Position numbers and translations under genes: made by a program. Under the pieces are notes generated by a model. It did not search any database and was not told the origin of the DNA. It worked only from the letters and a program-made list of their open reading frames with translations. Shown one piece after another: positions 1 through 8,594 of a DNA stretch of 38,013 nucleotides. The stretch is from positions 1 to 38,013 of IMG/VR virus record IMGVR_UViG_3300038675_000651; one strand, given 5' to 3'. The stretch comes from a virus (lineage: Duplodnaviria > Caudoviricetes). Numbering within the stretch: the stretch's first letter is position 1; each line of letters begins with the position of its first letter.

Positions 1-96
1 ATTACAAGTTTGGAAGACATTCCACAAGCAGCTTACAAGAATTTTAGAAACAGAATTTTAGAGAATCAAATAAATCCCATTTTTGTTACTAAGTAA
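1..96 (+). CDS. Probable C-terminal fragment of the RecT-like gene that starts at 37385
   Basis: Frame 1 is open to TAA at 94-96 (ITSLEDIPQAAYKNFRNRILENQINPIFVTK*). It precedes the YqaJ gene, as expected for a recT-exo pair on a circular map. Confidence 0.55.
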   Translation: MTSLEDIPQAAYKNFRNRILENQINPIFVTK

Positions 97-110
97 CAAA
101 AAAGGTTTAT

Positions 111-320
111 ATGAAAAAAGATGAATTGCTCATAGAGATAATTAATTTTTATTCCGAATGGATCGAAACGGTTGAAAGACCTGAGATCTTTTTAATCGAC
201 AGGCTTGCAGATAAGCTTGTCGAAGCAAGAAGTAACGCAGAATATTATAAGAAACTATACGAAAATGAAATTAGAAGTAAAACCAAACACAAACGAGTCC
301 AGCATACCAGCGCATCATAA
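111..320 (+). CDS. Hypothetical phage protein
   Basis: 69-aa ORF with AAGG upstream, co-oriented with its neighbours. Confidence 0.6.
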   Translation: MKKDELLIEIINFYSEWIETVERPEIFLIDRLADKLVEARSNAEYYKKLYENEIRSKTKHKRVQHTSAS

Positions 321-1158
321 TCTGATAGGAAAAAAAAGCGGTTTATTAACTGTAGTAGAATGTTTAGGAATAATAAAAAAACAAAGAAAATGGCTTTGCA
401 AATGTGAATGCGGCAATACTCGAACTATTTCAACAGGTGAATTTAATAGAAATCGTTCACCTGTTCTTTCTTGTGGCTGTTATCATGTTCGTTTTGATCT
501 AACAGGAAAAGAGTTACAAAATTTTAAGGTTGTTAAATTTGTTCCATCAAAAAAAGTTGGATCTCAATGGTTATGTGTTTGTAAATGTGGAAACGAAAAA
601 GTTTTATCTTATGATTCTTTAGTTGTTAAAAAAACACAATCGTGTGGTTGTTTAAATAAATCTGGAACCGAACTTCATTTGGAAAAATGCAAAAAACGAT
701 TGTTAGAAAATTTAGACAAAAAAAAATCTGGTTGCTGGGTATGGAAAGGCCGTCTTACTAAAGATGGATATGGCTACATGCCTTTATGGGGATTAAATAT
801 ACAAAGAGCGCACAGGGCTTCATGGTTTTTACATTTTGGAAATCTTCCAAAAGACAAATTAGTTTTACATAAATGCGATAATAAACCTTGTTGTAATCCA
901 GATCATTTATATCTTGGAACCCCAAAAGATAATACTAAAGATGCCCTCGAAAGAGGGCAATTTCCGAAAGGGCCAAATAAAAAAAAGGGTCAAATAGGAG
1001 AATTAAACTGTAAAGCCAAACTTAGCATAGACAAAGTAAAATATATTAAATTCATTTGCGATAACAATTTTAAAATATCTGAAATTGCAAGTTTTTTTGG
1101 TGTTCACAAAAGCACAATACGCAACATACATAAGAGGAAAACATGGGCGTTCGTTTAA
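265..1158 (+). CDS. HNH homing endonuclease
   Basis: Two WxCxCxCG...SCGC repeats, then GCWVWKG...GYG...RAHRASW...VLHKCDNKPCCNPDHLYLGT..DN and a C-terminal HTH. ATG at 265 is more plausible than the start at 205. Confidence 0.9.
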   Translation: MKLEVKPNTNESSIPAHHNLIGKKSGLLTVVECLGIIKKQRKWLCKCECGNTRTISTGEFNRNRSPVLSCGCYHVRFDLTGKELQNFKVVKFVPSKKVGSQWLCVCKCGNEKVLSYDSLVVKKTQSCGCLNKSGTELHLEKCKKRLLENLDKKKSGCWVWKGRLTKDGYGYMPLWGLNIQRAHRASWFLHFGNLPKDKLVLHKCDNKPCCNPDHLYLGTPKDNTKDALERGQFPKGPNKKKGQIGELNCKAKLSIDKVKYIKFICDNNFKISEIASFFGVHKSTIRNIHKRKTWAFV

Positions 1159-1997
1159 ATTTAGTACAAGGCACGCCTGAATGGCTTAGCTATAAAAAAA
1201 AATCTATTGGCGCAAGCGACAGCTCAGCAATCTTAGGATGCGGATTCCTTACCCCTTATCAGCTTTGGGAACAAAAAATAGGGCTTACCACTACAGAAAT
1301 TAATCATGCGATGTCGGAAGGCGTGCGCTTAGAGCCTATTGCCCGTGCAAATCTGCAACAGCACTTCGGATTTGCGCTAGAAACGCCTGTTTACCAGCAT
1401 GACGACATTGACTATATGATTGCATCATTAGACGCCTACAACGAAAAAGAACGCTGTTTAGTAGAGATTAAATGCGGCTCTTCTTCTTTTGCTAAAGCTG
1501 ATCTTGGGATTATTCCTGATTACTACTATGCGCAGATGCAACATCAACTCGAAGTAGTTGGCTTAGATAAGATGCACTATTATTGCTTCAATGGCGAAAA
1601 AGGCATACTCCTTGAAGTGAATCGGGATACTCCCTATATTAAATCCCTTTTGGAAGCAGAAAAAAAGTTTTGGGACTGTTTGCAAAACTTTTTGCCCCCT
1701 GCCTTAACCGATAAAGACTATCTTAAAATTTTAACCGATGAGGCTTATGAGGCCTCCCGTAAGCTTGAATCGGTTAAAGAGCAGATAGAAGCGCTTACGC
1801 AACAAGAGAAGGCTTTACGTGACCAGATTTTGCGTATGGCGGATGGCAGGAATTCTATTGTAGGCGTGCAGAAGGTAACAAAAGTGATCTCGCAAGGTCA
1901 TGTTAATTATAAAGAGATACCTGAGCTTAAAAACGTAGACTTAAATAAATATCGAAAAGCACCAAGTACTAGCTTTAGGATTACAAAGGTAAAATAA
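1143..1997 (+). CDS. YqaJ-family (lambda exonuclease-like) recombination nuclease
   Basis: Motifs QGTPEWL..., IGASDSSAILG, TPYQLWEQK, ASLDA, VEIKC, YYAQMQHQL. Confidence 0.92.
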   Translation: MGVRLNLVQGTPEWLSYKKKSIGASDSSAILGCGFLTPYQLWEQKIGLTTTEINHAMSEGVRLEPIARANLQQHFGFALETPVYQHDDIDYMIASLDAYNEKERCLVEIKCGSSSFAKADLGIIPDYYYAQMQHQLEVVGLDKMHYYCFNGEKGILLEVNRDTPYIKSLLEAEKKFWDCLQNFLPPALTDKDYLKILTDEAYEASRKLESVKEQIEALTQQEKALRDQILRMADGRNSIVGVQKVTKVISQGHVNYKEIPELKNVDLNKYRKAPSTSFRITKVK

Positions 1998-1999
1998 AA

Positions 2000-2245
2000 A
2001 TGGAAGAAGAAATAAAGCGTAAAATGATAGAGAGTAAAATAAATGTTTGTAATGAGTTAAAAAAAAATACCGTTGCTGAATCTATATCAATTCTCTGTTC
2101 TATTATAATAGATTATGTTATAGTTCAAGATAATCCAGAAAAAGCATTAGATGGTTTAATTTCTAATTTAAAAAATGTTTATCACGAAAGAATGAAAAAA
2201 GAATCTAATTATTTTGAATTCCTAAAAAAACTATTTGATATTTAA
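2000..2245 (+). CDS. Hypothetical protein
   Basis: Tightly packed ORF in the operon. Confidence 0.6.
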   Translation: MEEEIKRKMIESKINVCNELKKNTVAESISILCSIIIDYVIVQDNPEKALDGLISNLKNVYHERMKKESNYFEFLKKLFDI

Positions 2246-2247
2246 AA

Positions 2248-2520
2248 ATGAACTATACCCAGCTTGAGCTTCCTTGTTTAGAAGAACCGCAAGAGATACG
2301 CCACAAGCGTGAGATCGAGCAATTACGTATCTCGCTTGAAAAGAACAGACGATCGCTTCATGCAAAGCATTCTAGCCTGAACAAGCTATATATTGAGGTG
2401 AAGCATGAACTTGAAGTTTTAAAGGCTGCAATTTGTAAAAACAGAGTAAAACAAGATTTTGAAGAGGTAAGAAAATCTTATTTAGAGCAGCTTGATGTGC
2501 TTAGAGAAGACAAGGAATGA
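2248..2520 (+). CDS. Hypothetical coiled-coil protein
   Basis: Tightly packed ORF with a heptad-like pattern. Confidence 0.6.
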   Translation: MNYTQLELPCLEEPQEIRHKREIEQLRISLEKNRRSLHAKHSSLNKLYIEVKHELEVLKAAICKNRVKQDFEEVRKSYLEQLDVLREDKE

Positions 2521-2537
2521 TTTAGTTGGAATAATTT

Positions 2538-2693
2538 ATGACATACTTTGATAGAGCGATCCTAGGCTTGGGCCTAGCGTCCTATTTTATTGCTCGCATG
2601 TCTGAGACCTCATTATTTGGTTGGACTTCGTTTATTTGCTTTATATACGCAATTATAAATGCGTATTTTATGTATCTAAATATGGATGACTGA
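2538..2693 (+). CDS. Small membrane protein, 51 aa (not in ORF track)
   Basis: MTYFDRAILGLGLASYFIARMSETSLFGWTSFICFIYAIINAYFMYLNMDD*; two hydrophobic segments; fills the gap between genes. Confidence 0.5.
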   Translation: MTYFDRAILGLGLASYFIARMSETSLFGWTSFICFIYAIINAYFMYLNMDD

Positions 2694-2695
2694 GA

Positions 2696-2986
2696 ATGAC
2701 TAACTGCTTAACTGGATGCATAGAATTTGAATCTCGCTGCAAAAAGTGCAATCGCTTGGTAAGCGACGCAAATGTGGGCCCTCAGTGGATAAGCGTAGAT
2801 GATAAATTACCAAAGGAAGGCGAACACGTTTTAGTATATTTTAAATATTTATTAGATAATGGAATTTGCGTAGGTTATCATTATAAATCAGAATGGAGTC
2901 ACTGGCCTCTAGGAGGTTTTGCAGGCGATTCATGTATATTCAATATAACTCATTGGATGACGCTTCCAAAAAATCCGAAAAATTAA
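2696..2986 (+). CDS. DUF551-family protein
   Basis: WISVDDKLP...VLVY...ITHWMTLPKNP signature. Confidence 0.85.
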   Translation: MTNCLTGCIEFESRCKKCNRLVSDANVGPQWISVDDKLPKEGEHVLVYFKYLLDNGICVGYHYKSEWSHWPLGGFAGDSCIFNITHWMTLPKNPKN

Positions 2987-3183
2987 TGATATAAGAGCCG
3001 CATCCATGGGCTCAATTTCTTTATTGGCGTGCAAAAGCTATTATTTGGTCTAAAAGAAAATTTGGATATTTTATCGCAGAAATTGCCAAAATATTTTTTA
3101 TGGATGAGGTACAAGTTACTCTCATTTTAATGTCTATTGATCATCCTATATTTAAAGAAGAAGATGCCAAAAAAGACGCTTGA
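2986..3183 (+). pseudogene. Small ORF with a premature TAA at codon 3
   Basis: ATG overlaps the upstream stop (TAATG). The frame reads ATG ATA TAA and is then open to TGA at 3181-3183, overlapping the next gene. Confidence 0.35.
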
Positions 3184-3370
3184 AGAAGAAATTAACGCCT
3201 TCCTAGAAATTTGGGGGTCAGAAGAAATGATGGAACTTAATGCTCCTGATCCTATATTCTGTAAGCAATGCAAAAAGTGCATTTACTATGAGTCCGAGAC
3301 CCCTGTAAAGATTTATCCTTACGATCAATTTTATTGTTATTGTGAAAAAAATTATAGGAGTGAGGAATGA
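3137..3370 (+). CDS. Hypothetical protein with Cys motifs (probably starts at the internal MPKKT)
   Basis: CKQCKKC...YCYC. Confidence 0.5.
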   Translation: MIILYLKKKMPKKTLEEEINAFLEIWGSEEMMELNAPDPIFCKQCKKCIYYESETPVKIYPYDQFYCYCEKNYRSEE

Positions 3371-3570
3371 ATCTTGAAGATAATATAGACATAAGCGAAC
3401 TTAGCGAACGCCTTCTGACATACGACAAAAGCGGGAAAGCCCAGGGCTTTAGTCCTAGGCTTTCCCGCTTTTGTCGTAATTTTTACGGTATAATTTGTGA
3501 TCTGAATCTTGTAAATTATCGTATTCAACAGGCGCTAACTATTTCAAAAAGGTTTAGGAATAATTACTGA
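3367..3570 (+). CDS. Hypothetical protein containing a 58-bp palindrome
   Basis: ATGA overlap with the upstream stop and GAGG upstream; the ORF reads through the palindrome. Confidence 0.4.
   Translation: MNLEDNIDISELSERLLTYDKSGKAQGFSPRLSRFCRNFYGIICDLNLVNYRIQQALTISKRFRNNY
3421..3478. repeat. 58-bp near-perfect inverted repeat
   Basis: TACGACAAAAGCGGGAAAGCC (3421-3441) is the exact reverse complement of 3458-3478. The inner CAGGGC-TTTA-GTCCTA also pairs, with one mismatch. Confidence 0.95.
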
Positions 3571-3605
3571 AGCCTAATGTTCATGATAATAATCATTGAG
3601 TAGAT

Positions 3606-3890
3606 ATGATGGAAAAATTGAAGAAACCCCACGAGTGGATAAGCGTAAAAGATCGTTTACCTTATGAAGATGAGTTTTGTTGGATATTTGACGGGAAATA
3701 TGACGGCCATTATTTATATTCTGGATATTTCCGTCCTCGCTACCAAAGATTTATTGATGGATCTTTTAAGATTGCCCCATGTTGGGAAATAGACGTAGAA
3801 TATAGCAACTTTAAATATCTCGATGAGATTACGCACTGGATGCCGTACTTTACGCCTGATCCACCGCCAAAAGAAATTCCAGATAGTTGA
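3606..3890 (+). CDS. DUF551-family protein
   Basis: WISVKDRLP...ITHWMP...PDPP. Confidence 0.85.
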   Translation: MMEKLKKPHEWISVKDRLPYEDEFCWIFDGKYDGHYLYSGYFRPRYQRFIDGSFKIAPCWEIDVEYSNFKYLDEITHWMPYFTPDPPPKEIPDS

Positions 3891-3893
3891 TAG

Positions 3894-4085
3894 TTGTTTG
3901 TTTCATGCTCAAAAATGATACCAAGTTTGTGTAAAGTAGTTTGGGTAGATGGCGTTAAGCCTAAGCATGAAGGGTGCAAGATGACGCTTAAAGATTGCAA
4001 AGGTTTTTGGGATATAGTTAAGGTCTATGAGAAGGAATTAGAAAAAAAAGATCTTAAGCATGGATGGAATGTTGGAGGCCTGTAA
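3894..4085 (+). CDS. Hypothetical protein
   Basis: Short ORF at the end of the + strand operon; start uncertain. Confidence 0.4.
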   Translation: MFVSCSKMIPSLCKVVWVDGVKPKHEGCKMTLKDCKGFWDIVKVYEKELEKKDLKHGWNVGGL

Positions 4086-4092
4086 ATCTGCT

Positions 4093-4275
4093 TTACATGC
4101 CTATCTTTCTCTTTGCAACATCAACTACTCTTACATCCACCTGAGCATTTGCCTTCTTAATATGTCTATGTTTTTTCTTAGGCCAGCAGGTAGATCCACA
4201 GGAGCAGTCGCATGAATCTTTAATTTCAATGGACGTACTAGGTTGTACTTGTATGGGGGGAATTGGTGTTGCCAT
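4093..4275 (-). CDS. Small Cys-rich basic protein
   Basis: Strong RBS AGGAGGT; DSCDCSCGSTCWPKKKHRH. Confidence 0.7.
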   Translation of the reverse strand: MATPIPPIQVQPSTSIEIKDSCDCSCGSTCWPKKKHRHIKKANAQVDVRVVDVAKRKIGM

Positions 4276-4338
4276 AAATACCTCCTACTTATACCTAGTT
4301 ATAGTCAAAAATAGATATAATTGGCTATGACTTGATAT

Positions 4339-4524
4339 ATGTTTAAACTTCTTATTCTTTTGTGCGCTTTCACTTCGCTTTCAGCTTTAAAGCTGGAGGT
4401 TCCATGTGTATTGATTCAGGATTTTGATAATCACAGGCTCTACTTAAAGGTAGAGGGCTGTGAGTATGATATCTTCGAGATGGAGCATTCGGTTAACTGC
4501 GATTGTCCTATGCAAACTCAGTAA
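4339..4524 (+). CDS. Small protein with a predicted signal peptide
   Basis: N-terminus MFKLLILLCAFTSLSA; C-terminus HSVNCDC. Confidence 0.55.
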   Translation: MFKLLILLCAFTSLSALKLEVPCVLIQDFDNHRLYLKVEGCEYDIFEMEHSVNCDCPMQTQ

Positions 4525-6238
4525 TCACAACACGACCATCGCCGCCAGCTCCGCCGTTACGTGCGGATTGCGATTCGGTGTTTGCAGCTCCAGATCCTCC
4601 CGCTCCCCATACGCCTGCTGAGCCGTTACTGCTTGTCGTCGTGCCTGCCGGTGCAGATGCTCCGCCTCCACCTTTTGCAGAGGAACCGCCATTTCCGCCA
4701 TGGATTGCGTTGTTGCCGCCAGAAAAGACGCCAAACGAACTTCCGCCATCTTCGCCTTCAATGCCGTAGCTGCCCCCAGCCCCTGCGCCTCCTCCATTTC
4801 CGCCTTGTACAGCGGTAATTGCAGATGCGCCAGCATTGGCTCCGCCAGAACCTCCACCAGCCGAAATTAAAGCTCCGACCGATGAGGTATTCCCCGCAGC
4901 TCCTGCGGCATTCCCTACGCCCCCAGCCCCACCTGTCCCTACCGTTACCGCTTGAGACGCTCCGATCGTTTGTGCTGAAAATACCCCATAACGATAGCCG
5001 CCGCCACCGCCGCCACCACCTGCTGAAACTTGACCGGCTCCAGTCGCTGGGCATCCGGCTCCTCCACCGCCACCGCCCCACACTTCAATAATGCAATATC
5101 TCATGCCAGAAGTTGGAGTGTATGTGCCATTTGCAGTAAAATCCTGCACGTTTAAAGCTTGGAAGCAGCTTGATTTACGTTGAGTTTGTGTTAGTGTGTC
5201 ATTAATTTTAGATGAATTTCCATCAAATACAATTTGACCATAATCTAGATTGCCCGTTCCTGTGATGGCGTTTGTGTTGGAAGAATTCACGGTACAATTA
5301 GCCAATACAACCGTTGTTCCTGCTCCAATGTCAATGGCGGAAGCAGTAAGGCCTGATAAATAACAGGTATTAAGCGAGCATATTCCTGTTCCTGCTGTAG
5401 TTAATGCGGTAGCAGAGTTCGATAATTGAGTATAATAAGCGGTTACTGATCCTGTACTAGTCACCGATATAGGAAAATTAAGCTGCGAGGAGTTCAAAGT
5501 AATAGAGTTAGGCGATGATGAAGTAGACGCTGTTGTTGAGCCGCCAGAATTGCCAATTTCGCAAAAGTCCATCTGCAAGGCGGCGTTATTCGTCATAGTA
5601 AATAACGAAATGCCTGTAGTTCCTATGTTACCATTACAGTTACGAATATTTACGATTGCAGGCGAACCCGATCCACTATTGACAATACCCGTTGCGTTGG
5701 TCATATCTAGATAGGAGTCATAGATATTAAGTATTGTTGCATTAGCGCCGCTTACTGTTAAAAACGCTGCTCCATTGGTTCTAAGCGTCACACCTGAAAT
5801 GTTGCAAGTACCTGCAAAAGATGCACTACAATTGCCTACGATTACGGTAGCTCTACCTGTTTGCGATGCGTCAAAGCCTTGTAGGGAAACCCCTGCTTTA
5901 AGCGTTAAGTCTTCCGTGTAGGTGCCTGGCCGAATGAAAACCGTCGATCCAGAGGGAGCTGCTGTAATCGCCGATTGAATAGTGGAGTACGAACCCCTTA
6001 TTCCTAATGTCGCTGATGGATCAACAACAAACTCCGTAAGAAATGTTCTATCTTCATATTGAAAGGTGTCGCCTGCTGCGTGAGTTGTTCCTATAGCGGA
6101 GCCATTGGCAGAAGTATAGCCGTTATAATCAAGATTGTTTAAGGTTACCGTTGCAATCCCATCTTGAGTTGTTACTGTTTGAAGAACCGTTGGAGGTACT
6201 GGACCGCTTCTATCTGAAATATCACCTGCTTGGCTCAT
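4508..6238 (-). CDS. Tailspike/receptor-binding protein: pectin-lyase-like beta-helix plus Gly-rich C-terminal domain
   Basis: YSTIQSAITAAPSGSTVFIRPGTYTEDL beta-helix cap; Ser/Thr/Asn-rich coils; FTANGTYTP...IEVWGGGGGG...GGAGGDGRVVITEF Gly-rich domain typical of phage tail proteins. Confidence 0.75.
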   Translation of the reverse strand: MSQAGDISDRSGPVPPTVLQTVTTQDGIATVTLNNLDYNGYTSANGSAIGTTHAAGDTFQYEDRTFLTEFVVDPSATLGIRGSYSTIQSAITAAPSGSTVFIRPGTYTEDLTLKAGVSLQGFDASQTGRATVIVGNCSASFAGTCNISGVTLRTNGAAFLTVSGANATILNIYDSYLDMTNATGIVNSGSGSPAIVNIRNCNGNIGTTGISLFTMTNNAALQMDFCEIGNSGGSTTASTSSSPNSITLNSSQLNFPISVTSTGSVTAYYTQLSNSATALTTAGTGICSLNTCYLSGLTASAIDIGAGTTVVLANCTVNSSNTNAITGTGNLDYGQIVFDGNSSKINDTLTQTQRKSSCFQALNVQDFTANGTYTPTSGMRYCIIEVWGGGGGGAGCPATGAGQVSAGGGGGGGGYRYGVFSAQTIGASQAVTVGTGGAGGVGNAAGAAGNTSSVGALISAGGGSGGANAGASAITAVQGGNGGGAGAGGSYGIEGEDGGSSFGVFSGGNNAIHGGNGGSSAKGGGGASAPAGTTTSSNGSAGVWGAGGSGAANTESQSARNGGAGGDGRVVITEFA

Positions 6239-6245
6239 TTTTTAC

Positions 6246-6572
6246 CTATGCTACATATTGAACAACTAAATAAACTAAACCCGTACCTGCGCTTCCTTTC
6301 ACTGAAATTTGTGTTCCAGCAGGTAATGCAGGAAATTGAGAAGATAAGCCTACTTTTCCTTCGTCATAAAGCCAGAAAGAACCTGCGGGGCATATATCTT
6401 TATCATTAATACCATCATTAGATATGGTAACGTCTACGGTTGAGTTGTTGACTACTTTTACTATATAGCCAGGATTAAGAAGAGGCGTTCCTAAAGCCTG
6501 ATAAGAACCCGTAAAGGTTGCTGAGTCAATCGACCTTAAGTTTTCCCACTGCACACGTCCGCTATTGCTCAT
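6246..6572 (-). CDS. Putative virion structural protein
   Basis: Beta-rich 108-aa ORF with GAGG RBS, co-transcribed with the tailspike. Confidence 0.6.
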   Translation of the reverse strand: MSNSGRVQWENLRSIDSATFTGSYQALGTPLLNPGYIVKVVNNSTVDVTISNDGINDKDICPAGSFWLYDEGKVGLSSQFPALPAGTQISVKGSAGTGLVYLVVQYVA

Positions 6573-6580
6573 GTTACCTC

Positions 6581-6979
6581 TTAATTATAAATAACATAGT
6601 TAACTGTCGATGTATCGGTGTTGCTCGATGAGTTAATTACAAAACTTGTTCCTGAAACGATCGATGCGGTAGGAGCGGATAGCGTTCCTTGTGTACCGCC
6701 TGGAGTATTTACAGTAAGTATAATGATCGATGTTGTAGTAACTGAAGGCGCCGTTACGGTTACCGTACCAGCCACCATCGCGCTAGAAGTGCCGGATACA
6801 GGCGTTAATAGTCTCCACGCCGATCCGTCATATTCATAAACATTTCGTGGGGTCGAATTTTTATCGACGTATTGTTGGCCTACGTCTGGTTTTAAGTTTG
6901 AAGAGGGCGCACCGAAACCAACAATCGGGGCAAGGTTGACGCTTGCGTATCCTGTGCCTACGGTATAAGCTAAAGGCAT
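6581..6979 (-). CDS. Putative virion structural or fibre-associated protein
   Basis: AAGGAG RBS; Thr/Ser-rich; MVAGTVTV...GTSFVINSSSNTDTSTVNY. Confidence 0.65.
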   Translation of the reverse strand: MPLAYTVGTGYASVNLAPIVGFGAPSSNLKPDVGQQYVDKNSTPRNVYEYDGSAWRLLTPVSGTSSAMVAGTVTVTAPSVTTTSIIILTVNTPGGTQGTLSAPTASIVSGTSFVINSSSNTDTSTVNYVIYN

Positions 6980-7081
6980 ATTAACTCCTTAAAAACCTCA
7001 ACATGTTCCTTTTAATTTAATTTGTCAAATTTATTTTTAAAGTTTACACTTTTATTAACTTGTTTTAACTTGTGAGTCACA

Positions 7082-7330
7082 GTGCAAGAAAATTTCAGCT
7101 ATTTAACGATTCGCCAATTTGCAGATAAATTTAAAATGCACCCTCAAACGGTGCGTAGAGCCATTCATAAAGGCAATTTATCGGCTATTCGCGTTGGAAT
7201 TGGCAAAAATGCTACTTTTCGCATTCCTGTTACTGAGTTACAAAGATTAGGATTAATAAACTTGCATCGCATCGTAGATCAAATGGTGGAAGAAAAAATT
7301 AAAAGCATAAATGAATCCGTTCGCACCTAA
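7082..7330 (+). CDS. Xis/MerR-like helix-turn-helix DNA-binding protein
   Basis: YLTIRQFADKFKMHPQTVRRAIHKGNLSAIRVG...FRIP. Confidence 0.85.
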   Translation: MQENFSYLTIRQFADKFKMHPQTVRRAIHKGNLSAIRVGIGKNATFRIPVTELQRLGLINLHRIVDQMVEEKIKSINESVRT

Positions 7331-8594
7331 ACAAATAAAATTTATTAAAGAATCGACGGCTCACTGGAATTTAGCGCATGGGTCTGTGCGATCGGGAAAA
7401 ACGGTATGCACCCTTTTTCGATTTATGCAAGCGGTGCATGAATGCCCCGACTCTCAAATATGGATGGTTGGAAAGTCTAGCCAAACGATATACGATAACG
7501 CCGTTCGTTTAATCTTTGAATCGCCTCAAATGGCTATCTACAAACCTTTTTGTACGTGGTTTGCAGGCAAACGACAGCTTCATTTTAAAGACAAGGTTAT
7601 ATCGACACTTGGAGCAAAAGATGAAGGCGCAATAGGGCAATTTCAGGGGAAAACGTTTTCACTTGTTTACTGCGATGAAATGACCCTTTATCCTGAATCG
7701 ATCATCGATATGATCGATACGCGCTTATCTATGCCTTATAGTATGGGTTTTGCTTCGATGAACCCTGCGCATCCTACGCACAAACTTAAAAAGTGGATTG
7801 ATAAAGCAGAAGAAGGCGATCCAAATTATTACGCTCTTGGCTTTACTTTGGACGATAACCCATTTGTTGATGAAAGCTATAAAAAACGCGTTCGCGAAAG
7901 CTTATCAGGACTATTTTACAAAAGAAACTACCTTGGCTTGTGGTGTTTGGCAGAGGGGGCTATTTTTGACTTTTTTGACCATAAAATACACGTGGTTAAA
8001 CGGCCCCCGCGCGCAGCCGATTATTGGGTTGCGGGTATTGACTACGGCACAAACAATGCTTTTGCTTGTACAATCCTAGGAGTAAACGTTGGCCGTGGAA
8101 CAGGGCTTGGTGTATGCCGTTGGGTTGAAGCCGAATACGTATGGGATTCTAAGAAAAAAGGCCGACAAAAAACTAATACGGAATATGCCGAAGACATGGT
8201 AGAATTTTTAGAACCATACGGGATAGAAAAAGTATACATTGACCCATCGGCGGCTTCTTTTAAAATAGAAATGCGCCGTAAAGGATTTAGCGTAATCGAT
8301 GCCGATAACGACGTTGAAAATGGACTAAGCTATCTACTCAGCGAGATGAAAAAAGGGAACTTATTCATTACCGAAAACTGCCCTAATCTTATCAAAGAAA
8401 TAGAGGGGTATGTTTGGGATAGTAAAGCCGCTTTACATGGAATAGATAAACCCTTTAAAGAAGCCGACCATTGCATTGATAGCTTACGGTACGTATTCTA
8501 TACGCACAAGCCAAGCGTTTATCAAGAAACGAGTCATAATCCCGTTCAATACATGCAAAATCGTTTTAACAATCAAACAACTAATTTTAGATGA
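7311..8594 (+). CDS. terL: Terminase large subunit (PBSX-like)
   Basis: Walker A HGSVRSGKT, Walker B VYCDE, MNP motif, nuclease motifs GIDYG, YIDPSAASF and DHCIDSLRY. Confidence 0.95.
   Translation: MNPFAPKQIKFIKESTAHWNLAHGSVRSGKTVCTLFRFMQAVHECPDSQIWMVGKSSQTIYDNAVRLIFESPQMAIYKPFCTWFAGKRQLHFKDKVISTLGAKDEGAIGQFQGKTFSLVYCDEMTLYPESIIDMIDTRLSMPYSMGFASMNPAHPTHKLKKWIDKAEEGDPNYYALGFTLDDNPFVDESYKKRVRESLSGLFYKRNYLGLWCLAEGAIFDFFDHKIHVVKRPPRAADYWVAGIDYGTNNAFACTILGVNVGRGTGLGVCRWVEAEYVWDSKKKGRQKTNTEYAEDMVEFLEPYGIEKVYIDPSAASFKIEMRRKGFSVIDADNDVENGLSYLLSEMKKGNLFITENCPNLIKEIEGYVWDSKAALHGIDKPFKEADHCIDSLRYVFYTHKPSVYQETSHNPVQYMQNRFNNQTTNFR

Noticed and set aside
3367-3570. Faint resemblance to an RNA polymerase alpha-CTD-like protein
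   Set aside because: Only a few residues match and a frameshift is needed; not supportable without a profile search.
4503-5091. Several Pro/Arg-rich overlapping ORFs
   Set aside because: Alternative-frame products of the GC-rich Gly codons in the tailspike gene.
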